NCBI GenBank assembly: GCA_023653095.1 | Contig: JAMNXP010000008.1 | Span: 22,922 to 86,921, forward strand | Direction of reading: 5' to 3' | Length of the DNA stretch: 64,000 nt | DNA from: Bacteroidia bacterium | GTDB taxonomy: Bacteria; Bacteroidota; Bacteroidia; NS11-12g; UBA955 | Shown here: piece by piece, positions 10,037-18,620 of the stretch | Numbering within the stretch: position 1 is the first letter of the stretch | Layout: every line of letters begins with the position of its first letter | Translations under genes and position numbers: made by a program | Notes under the pieces: model-generated | Seen by the model: only the letters and a program-made list of their open reading frames with translations | Databases searched by the model: none | Told to the model about the DNA's origin: nothing

Positions 10037-12477
10037 CCTGAAACCATTGCCATTAACTGCTTTTTCTGGGCGTCGCTGCAAGTGAAGTCGTTTAAATACG
10101 ATTGGAGTTCGCGGCGCTTTTGGGTTTGTTTGGCGTAATATTTGATGACCGATTGGGCCGGGCCGTTGAGGCGACTGTTGAAGTTGATGCATCCCTCGAA
10201 AAGAGCAAAAGCAAAGTCTTTGTTGAGGTAATTCATGCGCTGTAGCGCGTTCATGGCGTTGATGCGGGTGCGGAATTCGTAATAGGGTCCGCTCATGTTT
10301 ACCAATCCTTTGGTCATGCCCGAAGACATGTCTGCAGGGTATATTTCGGTGCCGAGTTCTAAGTAACGAATGATAATGTCGTGGCAGAAGCCGTCGGTTT
10401 TTTTGATGGCATCCAAGATGAAATTTTTGCGGTTGGCGTATAAGGGGTGTTCCCAAATGCGGTCAATGACGGTGTTGATGATGACATAGCTTGAGTCGAA
10501 AAGAAGTGCTTCAACCATGGGCTGAGTGGCAGAAACTAGAGGAGTTTTTTGTGCAAAGACCAAACGGACTTCTGCTTGTTTGTCGCGGGCGATTTGGGTG
10601 ATGGTCTGAGCGTCGATGCCAGGATTATCCAGGATTTGGGAAGCGATTTCAGCGCGGAGGTAGGGGAAGGTTTCTTTGGAATAGGCCGCTTTAAGTGCAT
10701 CCCACTTAATAGACATGGGTGCTTTTCGAAGTTCTACCCAAGCATCGTAGCGGTCAAGCATGTATTTAGCATTTTGAGCTTGGCTGAGCAGTTCTTCGGT
10801 GGTTTTATTGAGTTTGAGTTCTTTTAAGAGAAAACTTCCCTCGTCAAAAAGACAGAACGAAACGGTTTTGCCGTTGGTGGGGAAATCGAAGGTGTTTGTG
10901 GCGCCGGATACTTGAACGGTTTTGCGGTCTACTGAGCCGTCGGTGTAGTAAATGGCCAGATCAACCGGGGTATTGAAATAAGAGACAACAGGGTCAATCG
11001 TTTGAATTTGTTTGATTTGGAAGGTGGTTTGGGCGGTTGATTTTTTAATTTCGATGTCAAAAATGGGCTCGCCTCCGCGGTGAATCCATTGGTCAAAGAA
11101 GGCATCCACGTTGATACCGGTTGCATCGATGAAGGCTTTTTGGAGGTCCCAAGTTTCAACACCCTCAAATTGGTGGCGTTTCAAATAAAGTTGAATGGCG
11201 CGGCGGAAGTTATCTCTTCCAACCTGATGCTGAAGCATGTGTAAAACCGATGCCCCTTTGGGATAATGTCTGGAAGATCCGCTTTGGCTGTGTCTCACGG
11301 GAAGCGAGTTTGCTTTGCCCGCTTGAATGGCTCCTAACTGGTTGTTTCGGAAGTACCAATACATGTGATCTTCTGAGAATTGATGTCCCTCGAAAAGTCC
11401 GGGATAATAAGTCGCGAAGCTTTCTTGAAGCCATTGTTCATTGTCTTTTCGGCCGGTGATGAGATCGCCAAACCATTGGTGGGTGGCCTCGTGGGCATTG
11501 ACGCTCACGTAGTTGCGGTTGAGCAAATAGGCACGATTATCTACCCAAAAAAAGTCGCCAAAAATGGTAGCCGAAGTGTTTTCCATAGCTCCGTAGAGGA
11601 AATCTTGCACCATCACCTGCGAATAGCTTCCCCAAGGGTATGGCACGCCAATTTCTTCTGCCAGAAAATCAATGATTTCTTCCGAATATCTGCTGGTAGG
11701 GTCCACTCTTTCGGGGTGCTCAGGATAGTACCAAAACTGCATAGGAACTCCCTTTTTCGAAACCGATTTTTTAACGGCATATTTATCGATGGCGAGCATC
11801 AGCAAATAGCCGGCGTGGGGTTTTGTGAGCGAATAATGCCAGGTTTTGGTGTTGTCTTTATTGGCAACCACTTTGAGTAGTTGTCCGTTGCTAAGTACTT
11901 GAAAATCTTTTTGGAAAGTGATGATGGTTTCGGTGGTGAACTTGTCGCTTCGGTCATCGATCATGGGTATCCAATGGCGGTTGTCGATTCCTTGTCCTTG
12001 GGTCCAAATCTGCTGTCTCGACATATCGCGGGGTTCGGTAATTTGGCCGAGGTTCCATCCGAGGAAATAAAGTCCTTTTTTGGGGAAGGCATTGTAAGAA
12101 ATTTCTATTTGGTGCTGCTTTTGGAAGTCGTTTTTGAGGTTGGAATTGAGGGTTACACCTTCGGGGGATGTTTTGAAGGGAACGGACTTTCCATCTATTT
12201 TAGCATCGAGGATAACGATGTTTGGCGCATGTAGGAAGATGGTATCGATATTATTTTGGAGGGAAGTGAAATGGTGGGTCACGGTACCCATGACCTTTTT
12301 CTGAAGGGTTTCGAAGGAAGCTTGGAGCTTCATGTGGGTGACATCGATGTTTCGATTGCGTTCAGTAGCTCCTTGAGGGTCAGAGTGGTAGGAATGTATG
12401 TGCGGAAACTGCGCTTGTAATGCGGCGGAACAGGTGAAGAGGAATGCTGCGATGATTTTGGTCGTAGATTTTTTCAT
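10030..12477 (-). CDS. M1-family zinc aminopeptidase with helical-repeat C-terminus
   Basis: GAMEN, HEATHQWFG (HExxH), WLQESFA and YPKG motifs; signal peptide. Confidence 0.93.
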   Translation of the reverse strand: MKKSTTKIIAAFLFTCSAALQAQFPHIHSYHSDPQGATERNRNIDVTHMKLQASFETLQKKVMGTVTHHFTSLQNNIDTIFLHAPNIVILDAKIDGKSVPFKTSPEGVTLNSNLKNDFQKQHQIEISYNAFPKKGLYFLGWNLGQITEPRDMSRQQIWTQGQGIDNRHWIPMIDDRSDKFTTETIITFQKDFQVLSNGQLLKVVANKDNTKTWHYSLTKPHAGYLLMLAIDKYAVKKSVSKKGVPMQFWYYPEHPERVDPTSRYSEEIIDFLAEEIGVPYPWGSYSQVMVQDFLYGAMENTSATIFGDFFWVDNRAYLLNRNYVSVNAHEATHQWFGDLITGRKDNEQWLQESFATYYPGLFEGHQFSEDHMYWYFRNNQLGAIQAGKANSLPVRHSQSGSSRHYPKGASVLHMLQHQVGRDNFRRAIQLYLKRHQFEGVETWDLQKAFIDATGINVDAFFDQWIHRGGEPIFDIEIKKSTAQTTFQIKQIQTIDPVVSYFNTPVDLAIYYTDGSVDRKTVQVSGATNTFDFPTNGKTVSFCLFDEGSFLLKELKLNKTTEELLSQAQNAKYMLDRYDAWVELRKAPMSIKWDALKAAYSKETFPYLRAEIASQILDNPGIDAQTITQIARDKQAEVRLVFAQKTPLVSATQPMVEALLFDSSYVIINTVIDRIWEHPLYANRKNFILDAIKKTDGFCHDIIIRYLELGTEIYPADMSSGMTKGLVNMSGPYYEFRTRINAMNALQRMNYLNKDFAFALFEGCINFNSRLNGPAQSVIKYYAKQTQKRRELQSYLNDFTCSDAQKKQLMAMVSGL

Positions 12478-12577
12478 GGGATGATGCGAAAATAGGTTAG
12501 GATAAATTTTTTTTCAAAAAAGTTGTGAAATTTGCAAAAGAAAATTATTTTTGCACTCCCGTTCACACGAACAAAAC

Positions 12578-12651
12578 GGTTTGGTAGTTCAGCTGGTTAG
12601 AATACATGCCTGTCACGCATGGGGTCGCGGGTTCGAGTCCCGTCCAGACCG
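12578..12651 (+). tRNA. tRNA-Asp (GTC)
   Basis: Acceptor GGTTTGG/CCAGACC, D-arm GTTC-AGCTGGTTA-GAAT, anticodon arm CATGC-CTGTCAC-GCATG, T-loop TTCGAGT. CCA is not encoded. TATTTTTG promoter at 12546-12553. Confidence 0.97.
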
Positions 12652-12658
12652 CCGGGAG

Positions 12659-12689
12659 AAAGCCTCAGAGTAATCTGGGGCTTTTTTTT
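12659..12689 (+). terminator. Rho-independent terminator after tRNA-Asp
   Basis: AGCCTCAG-loop-CTGGGGCT stem followed by a T run. Confidence 0.8.
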
Positions 12690-12690
12690 G

Positions 12691-12795
12691 TTGGTCGTTG
12701 GGGGTTGGGGGTTGGACTTTGGTCCTTGGGAGTTGGATGCAGGTCTTTGGTCTTTGGGTGCAGGTCTTTGGTCCTTGGTCTTTGGGGGGGGGGGG
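12691..12795. repeat. Degenerate TTGGTCT/TTGGGGG heptamer array ending in a G12 tract
   Basis: 7-bp periodicity is visible. The unit is the reverse complement of the AGACCAA array at 9960. Confidence 0.8.
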
Positions 12796-12929
12796 CGAGA
12801 TTAAATTTTGGACAGGACCTTTACTAGGAATTTCAGACTGCTTTTTTGGGGGAATCAACAATCCAAGATTCAATTAGGGGTGCATTGAGCTTTTGAAGTT
12901 CATGTTGATCGATTATAAGGTCTTCGAGT

Positions 12930-13418
12930 TTAAGCATGATTAAAAAGAAATCTTTCAAATTCATGTATTGAAATGCCAAAGTGAATCGATTTTTCTCGAA
13001 CCCAATTAAAATAGTCTAAGTAGTCTGTGAATTTTACATTTGGGATGTTAAACCAGTTCTCAGCAATTATGCTGTCGTATATGGGCAGTTGTTGTTGGGG
13101 GGCATTGCCATGAGTTAGGAAATGCAAATGTTTGGTTAAAAATGCAGGGCCAAATTTTGGAATGTGATTCATTGTTTCTATCATGAATTGAAATCCAGGG
13201 TTGATAAAATCCATATTTTTAACACTGTCAATTAATTGCAAATAAATATTCCAATCAAAATTTGGATTTACAAGCCAGTGATTATTGGGGCCTGGATTTC
13301 TAACGCCACTCAAACTCATTTTCCCGCCCCAGAGAGAAATTTTTAGTGCTAGGATTTTTGCTGTAAAAATATCAATTTGTTGATTTTCGTTTAATTGTTG
13401 GTGAATTAAATCAATCAA
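12930..13418 (-). CDS. Putative HhH-GPD/OGG-like DNA glycosylase, copy A (short, possibly N-terminally truncated)
   Basis: SLWGGK...IPKFGPAFLTKHLHF (HhH-like with Lys)...LPIYDS (GPD-like Asp)...ERFLFN. TTG start; paralog of 17387-18133. Confidence 0.6.
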   Translation of the reverse strand: MIDLIHQQLNENQQIDIFTAKILALKISLWGGKMSLSGVRNPGPNNHWLVNPNFDWNIYLQLIDSVKNMDFINPGFQFMIETMNHIPKFGPAFLTKHLHFLTHGNAPQQQLPIYDSIIAENWFNIPNVKFTDYLDYFNWVREKSIHFGISIHEFERFLFNHA

Positions 13419-13486
13419 CGCGATTATTTATTTTGTAGAGATATAAAATTATTGATTGAAGTAACTAAATGCATTAAATTTGCAGG

Positions 13487-14479
13487 GTGCACAAAAATAG
13501 AATTCAAAGACTGAATTATTTGGTGGAAATATTGGAGCAGGGAAGGAAGTTGACGTTTGCGGAGATGCAACTTCAGATTGAAAATAAATTCAACAAGAAG
13601 CTTCAAGAAAGGATGTTGCGCAAGGATTTGAGCTACTTAAGAGAAATAGGTATAGGTAAGGGGCCATTGAATATTAAGGTAGAGGATTTTAGGTACTTTT
13701 TGTCAAATGAGTTTACTTTTCGAGCTGAGAACCTCAATCAGATTGAAAGAGCTACACTTCCCTTTTTATTGGGACTTCTGCAGCCCTATCAGAAGGTGGC
13801 GGCGGTGGAGGCGCTTTACAAGAATATCATTGAAGTTCACCGGTTGGATACAACTGAAGTAAATCAGATGGCTATCGCTTTTCAGTCCAATAGTGCAATG
13901 AATGATTCCAGCCAGTTGAGAAAAGTTGCTGTTATTTTAGAAAATATCCATTTGCAACAGGCAGTTGAATTTAATTATGTTAAAGTGATCCAAGGAGTTA
14001 ATCGAGAGTTTTCGGATGACCAGGTTAGTTATCGAAGGATGTTTCCTTTGCAGGTTAAAGAATATCTAGGGCGTTATTATTTGGTAGGTATTAATATTTC
14101 GAGGGAACCAACGATGGAAAATATCCAAATTTTCCCCGTAGATAGATTTATTAATGGGCCGAATGCGTTTATCGCTGATGACTCTGAAGAGCCTTTGAAG
14201 TTTGATTGGAAGCACTATTATAAATCGACAAATTTGTCGACGTACTTTACTCATTGCATTGGAATTTTAAGAAATCATCAAATTGATGTTTCCCCCGTTT
14301 ATGTTTATCGTTGGTTCAAAGAGTGGGCAGCGAGTTATGTGGAAGCCGTGCCGCTTCATTGGACGCAGGAAATAGTTCAGCGAAGTCAAGACGGAGCGAT
14401 AAGAGTTAGGTTGAATGTGTTTGACAATCATGAATTGAAAGGGCGACTTTTGAGTTTCGGAGAGTATTGCTGGGAATAA
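13487..14479 (+). CDS. WYL-domain transcriptional regulator (HTH-WYL-WCX)
   Basis: N-terminal HTH (ERMLRKDLSYLR), WYL core (FPLQVKEYLGRYYLVG...FPVDRF) and WCX (PLHWTQEI...ELKGRLLSFGE). TAAATTTG promoter at 13475-13482. Confidence 0.88.
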   Translation: MHKNRIQRLNYLVEILEQGRKLTFAEMQLQIENKFNKKLQERMLRKDLSYLREIGIGKGPLNIKVEDFRYFLSNEFTFRAENLNQIERATLPFLLGLLQPYQKVAAVEALYKNIIEVHRLDTTEVNQMAIAFQSNSAMNDSSQLRKVAVILENIHLQQAVEFNYVKVIQGVNREFSDDQVSYRRMFPLQVKEYLGRYYLVGINISREPTMENIQIFPVDRFINGPNAFIADDSEEPLKFDWKHYYKSTNLSTYFTHCIGILRNHQIDVSPVYVYRWFKEWAASYVEAVPLHWTQEIVQRSQDGAIRVRLNVFDNHELKGRLLSFGEYCWE

Positions 14480-14526
14480 AAGTGCATAGCTGCACTTTTT
14501 GTGGGTTGATAGTGCTTGTAACTTTG
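14478..14526 (+). promoter_or_regulatory. Palindromic operator overlapping the promoter of the downstream operon
   Basis: AAAAGTGCA-TAGC-TGCACTTTT (14478-14499), overlapping TTTG at 14498-14501, and TAACTTTG at 14519-14526. Confidence 0.6.
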
Positions 14527-14530
14527 CACC

Positions 14531-14788
14531 ATGTTATCGCCATCATCATTAAATCAAATCACAAAGGGCTCTGCTCCCAATACCCTTCGTGTGCTTTATT
14601 TTGGAAGAATCTTGGTTCTAAATGGTAAACAGAGATTTGCCAGAGCCACTTATTTCATCAAGCGTGATTTAGAACTGAGCAACACTCATATCATTTACAA
14701 GGGAGTATGCTTTTATCCTATTGTAAAGGATATGGTTGATATGCAATCGGTGAAGAACATGAGTGCTCCTTTTAAGTTGACAGCGTAA
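14531..14788 (+). CDS. Small hypothetical protein (85 aa)
   Basis: ATG 4 nt after a TAnnTTTG element; fills the gap before the GIY-YIG-like gene. Confidence 0.6.
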   Translation: MLSPSSLNQITKGSAPNTLRVLYFGRILVLNGKQRFARATYFIKRDLELSNTHIIYKGVCFYPIVKDMVDMQSVKNMSAPFKLTA

Positions 14789-14806
14789 ATTTTAAAAACA
14801 AAAAAT

Positions 14807-15331
14807 ATGATTAAGCATTACAATAATTTAATGGAAACATTTGGGGAAATGTTCACATCAATTTCAGTCAATTCTTGTGAATCAATTAAATGGCCTGATG
14901 GATTCGGCGTTTATGTTGTTTGGGAAAAAAACAGAGATGCTCTGATGAATTTGAAGTACATCGGTTTGACGGGAAAATTCAATAAAGATTTGAATGGGGA
15001 GTTGATTCTCAATCAAGGACAATTTTCCAAAAGGGCAATGCGTTGGACTCCATATCGGTTTTGCGAAAGCCCTAAAGATGGTGAATATCGATATTCATTT
15101 AGGTTCAATCCAAAATTTAGCAATGTAAATGATCAATATAAGGTGAGACATCAATCAGATGCATATTCAAAAACCTTATTTTATAAAGACGGCTTACTAA
15201 TCGATTTTTTTAAATTTAATGAATTGTTAGATGAGAATTATGGTTATACACCAGCTTCTTTAGAAGCTGAGTTGTTGAGTAAATTCTTGATTGAAACTAG
15301 GAATTTACCTCCAGCGAATAATTCGCTTTAA
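14807..15331 (+). CDS. Stand-alone GIY-YIG-like nuclease
   Basis: GVYVVW...LKYIGLTG, downstream Arg (SKRAMR), LEAELL Glu and terminal LPPAN, the standard GIY-YIG motif order. Confidence 0.7.
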   Translation: MIKHYNNLMETFGEMFTSISVNSCESIKWPDGFGVYVVWEKNRDALMNLKYIGLTGKFNKDLNGELILNQGQFSKRAMRWTPYRFCESPKDGEYRYSFRFNPKFSNVNDQYKVRHQSDAYSKTLFYKDGLLIDFFKFNELLDENYGYTPASLEAELLSKFLIETRNLPPANNSL

Positions 15332-15441
15332 TTTGGTTTTCTCGGTTTTATTTCTTATATTTAGTTTTCCTCAATTTTAAGAAGTTAAAAAATCCCTCCA
15401 GAAAGGAGGTGACCTTTTATTGTCAAAAAAATAAAATAATC

Positions 15442-17175
15442 ATGATATCAGAATTACTCGAAAACACATCCCAAGACGAAAAAAATTTGATTCAAATGGT
15501 GAAGACTGCTTATGCAGATATTCAGACGCATTGCATGACCACTAAACCCATTGAGGAGCTGCAAGGAGTTTTGACCCTGGCTGAGAATTTTAAAATAAGT
15601 GCGCATAGGGCGGCAATTTTTTGCACTGCTTATTGTATAAGTGAGAAACAGTCGCGTTTGAGTGATAAGTTGTTGTATGCCGTATTGAGGAATTATTTTA
15701 ACGACAATCTTAGCTCATTCAGGATTGAATTGCGTGAGATGAAACGATTGGGCCTTTTGCATCGGGGGAAAAACGATGAAGGACAATATCAAATTTCGGT
15801 GCAAAGTAAATTTGTTCAGGCGCTAGATGAAAATGATCTGACCGCTTTTCAAAATATTGGGCCTAAGGGACTTGAATCGGCGTTGGAGTATTTCAAGAAG
15901 AAGGTTTTGGATCATGACGAACTTACGGAAAATGAAATTTGTAAAGTCATTGAGGATATTGAAAGCGCAAACCAAGATCTGAATATTGTGAAATACTGCA
16001 ATGATCAAATGTTCTATTTTGCCTATGCCAATACTGCTGCATTGTATGCTATTTGCGCGAAAGCGGTGGTGGATAATCAGAGTTTTGACTTCAGTTATAT
16101 GGATGCGTTTCTTCATTTTGGACGCAAACCCATTCAAAGACTTCGGGATAACATCTTGGATGGTAGTTGGAGTCCTATCGAGGCTGGATTGGTTGAAATT
16201 GAGGGTGGGAATCACTTAGAACACAATCCGAATTTGAGATTAACTTCCAAGGGGTATGATGTTTTGTTGAAGGAGTTGGATCCTGACTTGCTGAAATCCA
16301 TCAGAGCAAAAATTGGTTCAATAAAAACACCTTTGATGAATTCGAGGGATATCAACAAGGTGAGTTTGTATTTCAATCCCCCGCTGGCAGAAAAAACGAG
16401 ACGAATTGCTGAGTTGCTTTCGAAGGATTCATTTGCTCGATATCAGGCGCAATTCCCGAAGAACGCAAAGATGACGGGTTTGACGGTGTTGTTTCACGGG
16501 GGACCTGGATGCGGGAAGACCGAATTTGCTTTGCAGTTGAGCCGTTTGACGGGTAGATCGCTGATGAAGGTGCAGGTAACGGATTTTCAATCGAAGTGGG
16601 TTGGGGAAAGCGAGAGTCAGTTGAAGCAGATTTTCAGAGATTATAGGGTGGCATGTGAGCGTTTGGAATTGAAGCCCATATTGTTTTTGAACGAATGCGA
16701 TCAAGTATTGGGGAAGCGTGTGAATATATCGAGTGCGGTAGACCAGATGAGCAATTCGTTGCAGAACATATTGTTGGAAGAAATGGAAAATTTCGACGGT
16801 ATTTTACTGGGGACAACCAATTTAACACAGAACATGGATTCGGCATTTGAGCGCAGGTGGGTAATGAAAGTCTTGTTTGACGCTCCCAACAAGGCGGCAA
16901 AACTATCCATTTGGAAGTCGGCAATCAAAGGATTAAGGGCATCGGAACTTGAAGTTTTGGTAGATCAATTTGATTTCACACCCGGAGAAATCGCTAACAT
17001 TGCAAGACGGTTTTCGGTAGAAAAACTGTTGGGCTTAACGCAACCAAGACTAAAAACTTTAATTGAATTGTGCGAATCGGAGCGCTTGGAGTCTCAAAAA
17101 TCAACTAAAAGTATAGGATTTACATTTGAAAATTCAATTCAAAAAAACCTGGATGTAAGATCCATAATTATTTGA
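15442..17175 (+). CDS. AAA+ ATPase with N-terminal winged-helix-like region
   Basis: Walker A GGPGCGKT, pore loop SKWVGESE, Walker B variant ILFLNECD, SRH TTNL...DSAFERR, C-terminal SIGF. Confidence 0.88.
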   Translation: MISELLENTSQDEKNLIQMVKTAYADIQTHCMTTKPIEELQGVLTLAENFKISAHRAAIFCTAYCISEKQSRLSDKLLYAVLRNYFNDNLSSFRIELREMKRLGLLHRGKNDEGQYQISVQSKFVQALDENDLTAFQNIGPKGLESALEYFKKKVLDHDELTENEICKVIEDIESANQDLNIVKYCNDQMFYFAYANTAALYAICAKAVVDNQSFDFSYMDAFLHFGRKPIQRLRDNILDGSWSPIEAGLVEIEGGNHLEHNPNLRLTSKGYDVLLKELDPDLLKSIRAKIGSIKTPLMNSRDINKVSLYFNPPLAEKTRRIAELLSKDSFARYQAQFPKNAKMTGLTVLFHGGPGCGKTEFALQLSRLTGRSLMKVQVTDFQSKWVGESESQLKQIFRDYRVACERLELKPILFLNECDQVLGKRVNISSAVDQMSNSLQNILLEEMENFDGILLGTTNLTQNMDSAFERRWVMKVLFDAPNKAAKLSIWKSAIKGLRASELEVLVDQFDFTPGEIANIARRFSVEKLLGLTQPRLKTLIELCESERLESQKSTKSIGFTFENSIQKNLDVRSIII

Positions 17176-17386
17176 TCACTACTAGTTTTTAATGGGCCTT
17201 GCCACGTTGAAGATATGGGGAATTTGACGAATTTCAATTGTTTAACTTGGTATTCTCTAGGAATAAGAGAGATACCTGCTACTATAAGACATAACTCAAA
17301 CATTAACCAATGCATAAAATTGCTTAAAAAGGAAGGACAATTAAAAGCATATATTTGTAATATAACCAGAAATTGAATCCATAACT

Positions 17387-18133
17387 ATGATAATTGAAAT
17401 TGGAAACCCACTCATCAATTTACTTGAACATAGAGTTTTTGCAATACCCGCATTAAATTGGAACGCAGAATTACCGCAAGTCGAAAATGCAAATGGGACT
17501 ATACAAGCACTTTACACAACATGGTTGAGGCATGGTCACGAACATTTAGCAGGACGTTTATCTCAAATTTTAGAGGACAATCCAATTAATGCAACAAACA
17601 TAGAAAATCTAATTATCAATCCGCAAATAAATAATTATCTAATCAACAATGATGAAGAAACATTATTGAATATTTTTCATGCAATTCAGCTTTGGGGAGG
17701 GAAACAGGCAAGACAATTTTATCTGCAAAACATTATTTTGAATTTACAATCGTACTCAAATTTTGTTCAGTCTATAATTGAAGCACAGAGTATCGAATTA
17801 ATAATTAATCACACACAAAATATAATTTTCCAAACCCCACAATTTGATATAGCTTTCGCAACTAAACATGTGAGTTTTTGGTTAAATTATGCAAATGCAC
17901 CAATAAAACTGCCGATATATGATAGTGTGATGTCAAAAGGCACGATGGGCCGAAGTAAAACATATCAACAATTTGGTGATTTGCATAGGTATTGGCAAGG
18001 ATTCACGGAGGATTTTAATATTCTACAAATTGAAAATCCGGCATTAACGGTTATGAGTATGGAGCGTCAGTTATTTAATTTTTTCAGACAAAATCCCACA
18101 CCTTCAATTCATTGGCCACGACAAATATTATAA
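17387..18133 (+). CDS. Putative HhH-GPD/OGG-like DNA glycosylase, copy B
   Basis: QLWGGK...TPQFDIAFATKHVSF...LPIYDS...MERQLFN. Has its own TATATTTG promoter at 17350-17357. Confidence 0.65.
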   Translation: MIIEIGNPLINLLEHRVFAIPALNWNAELPQVENANGTIQALYTTWLRHGHEHLAGRLSQILEDNPINATNIENLIINPQINNYLINNDEETLLNIFHAIQLWGGKQARQFYLQNIILNLQSYSNFVQSIIEAQSIELIINHTQNIIFQTPQFDIAFATKHVSFWLNYANAPIKLPIYDSVMSKGTMGRSKTYQQFGDLHRYWQGFTEDFNILQIENPALTVMSMERQLFNFFRQNPTPSIHWPRQIL

Positions 18134-18296
18134 CAACATCTATTTTTGAAATTGTAAAAGTTAATTTTCCTGTAAGTAACATATTTCTCGAATTGGGTTA
18201 GTTTCGACTTAAAACAATGCCCCGTTAAAGGCAGTTTATGAGTGTCGTCAACGACACTCTTTGTTAGTAATCAATAATGTGACATATCTTCGCTCT

Positions 18297-18466
18297 ATGA
18301 AATCTTACGTTCGGTCGGCTGTGATTGTATTCCTGTCTGTGGTTTGGTTTGTGGGGAGACTTCGAATGCGCAGACTTCGCCGAGTTTGAGTCCCCAGGAA
18401 AAAGTGAAATATGACTCAACAGGGGCAGTGACAAGGGTCAGCGCGTTGGAAGAAACGGTGAATTGA
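18297..18466 (+). pseudogene. Frameshifted 5' fragment of a secreted-protein gene (repeat copy 1)
   Basis: MKSYVRSAVIVFLSVV, then a GGTTT duplication, then ...NAQTSPSLSPQEKVK in another frame. Homologous to 22119-22235. Confidence 0.55.
18364..18410 (+). repeat. Direct repeat copy 1 (46/47 identical to 22181-22227)
   Basis: GAATGCGCAGACTTCGCCGAGTTTGAGTCCCCAGGAAAAAGTGAAAT. Confidence 0.9.
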
Positions 18467-18620
18467 CCGGAATTTACGGCCGAAGCCATCAGGGTTTTCC
18501 AGAGTTCGCGAAGTGGATACCGGGATTATAAATGGCAGAAATGTGAATTCTTGGCGGGTTGCTCTCTAGTAGAGCAAAGTTCCGTTTTATTCAGTGGTAT
18601 TTCTTCCAAGTTTAACCTTT

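Noticed and set aside
9891-10456. ORFs 9891-10085(+) and 9935-10456(-), and similar ORFs at 12606-12873
   Set aside because: Artefacts of stop-free heptamer repeats overlapping the aminopeptidase or the tRNA.
12784-12795. G12 tract as a phase-variation switch
   Set aside because: It is intergenic, not in a promoter or CDS, and continues the TTGGGGG heptamer decay; it may be an assembly artefact.
15394-15409. CCTCC-AGAAA-GGAGG hairpin / Shine-Dalgarno before GTG 15409
   Set aside because: Bacteroidota rarely use SD sequences, the A-rich context favours ATG 15442, and the hairpin is too short to call.
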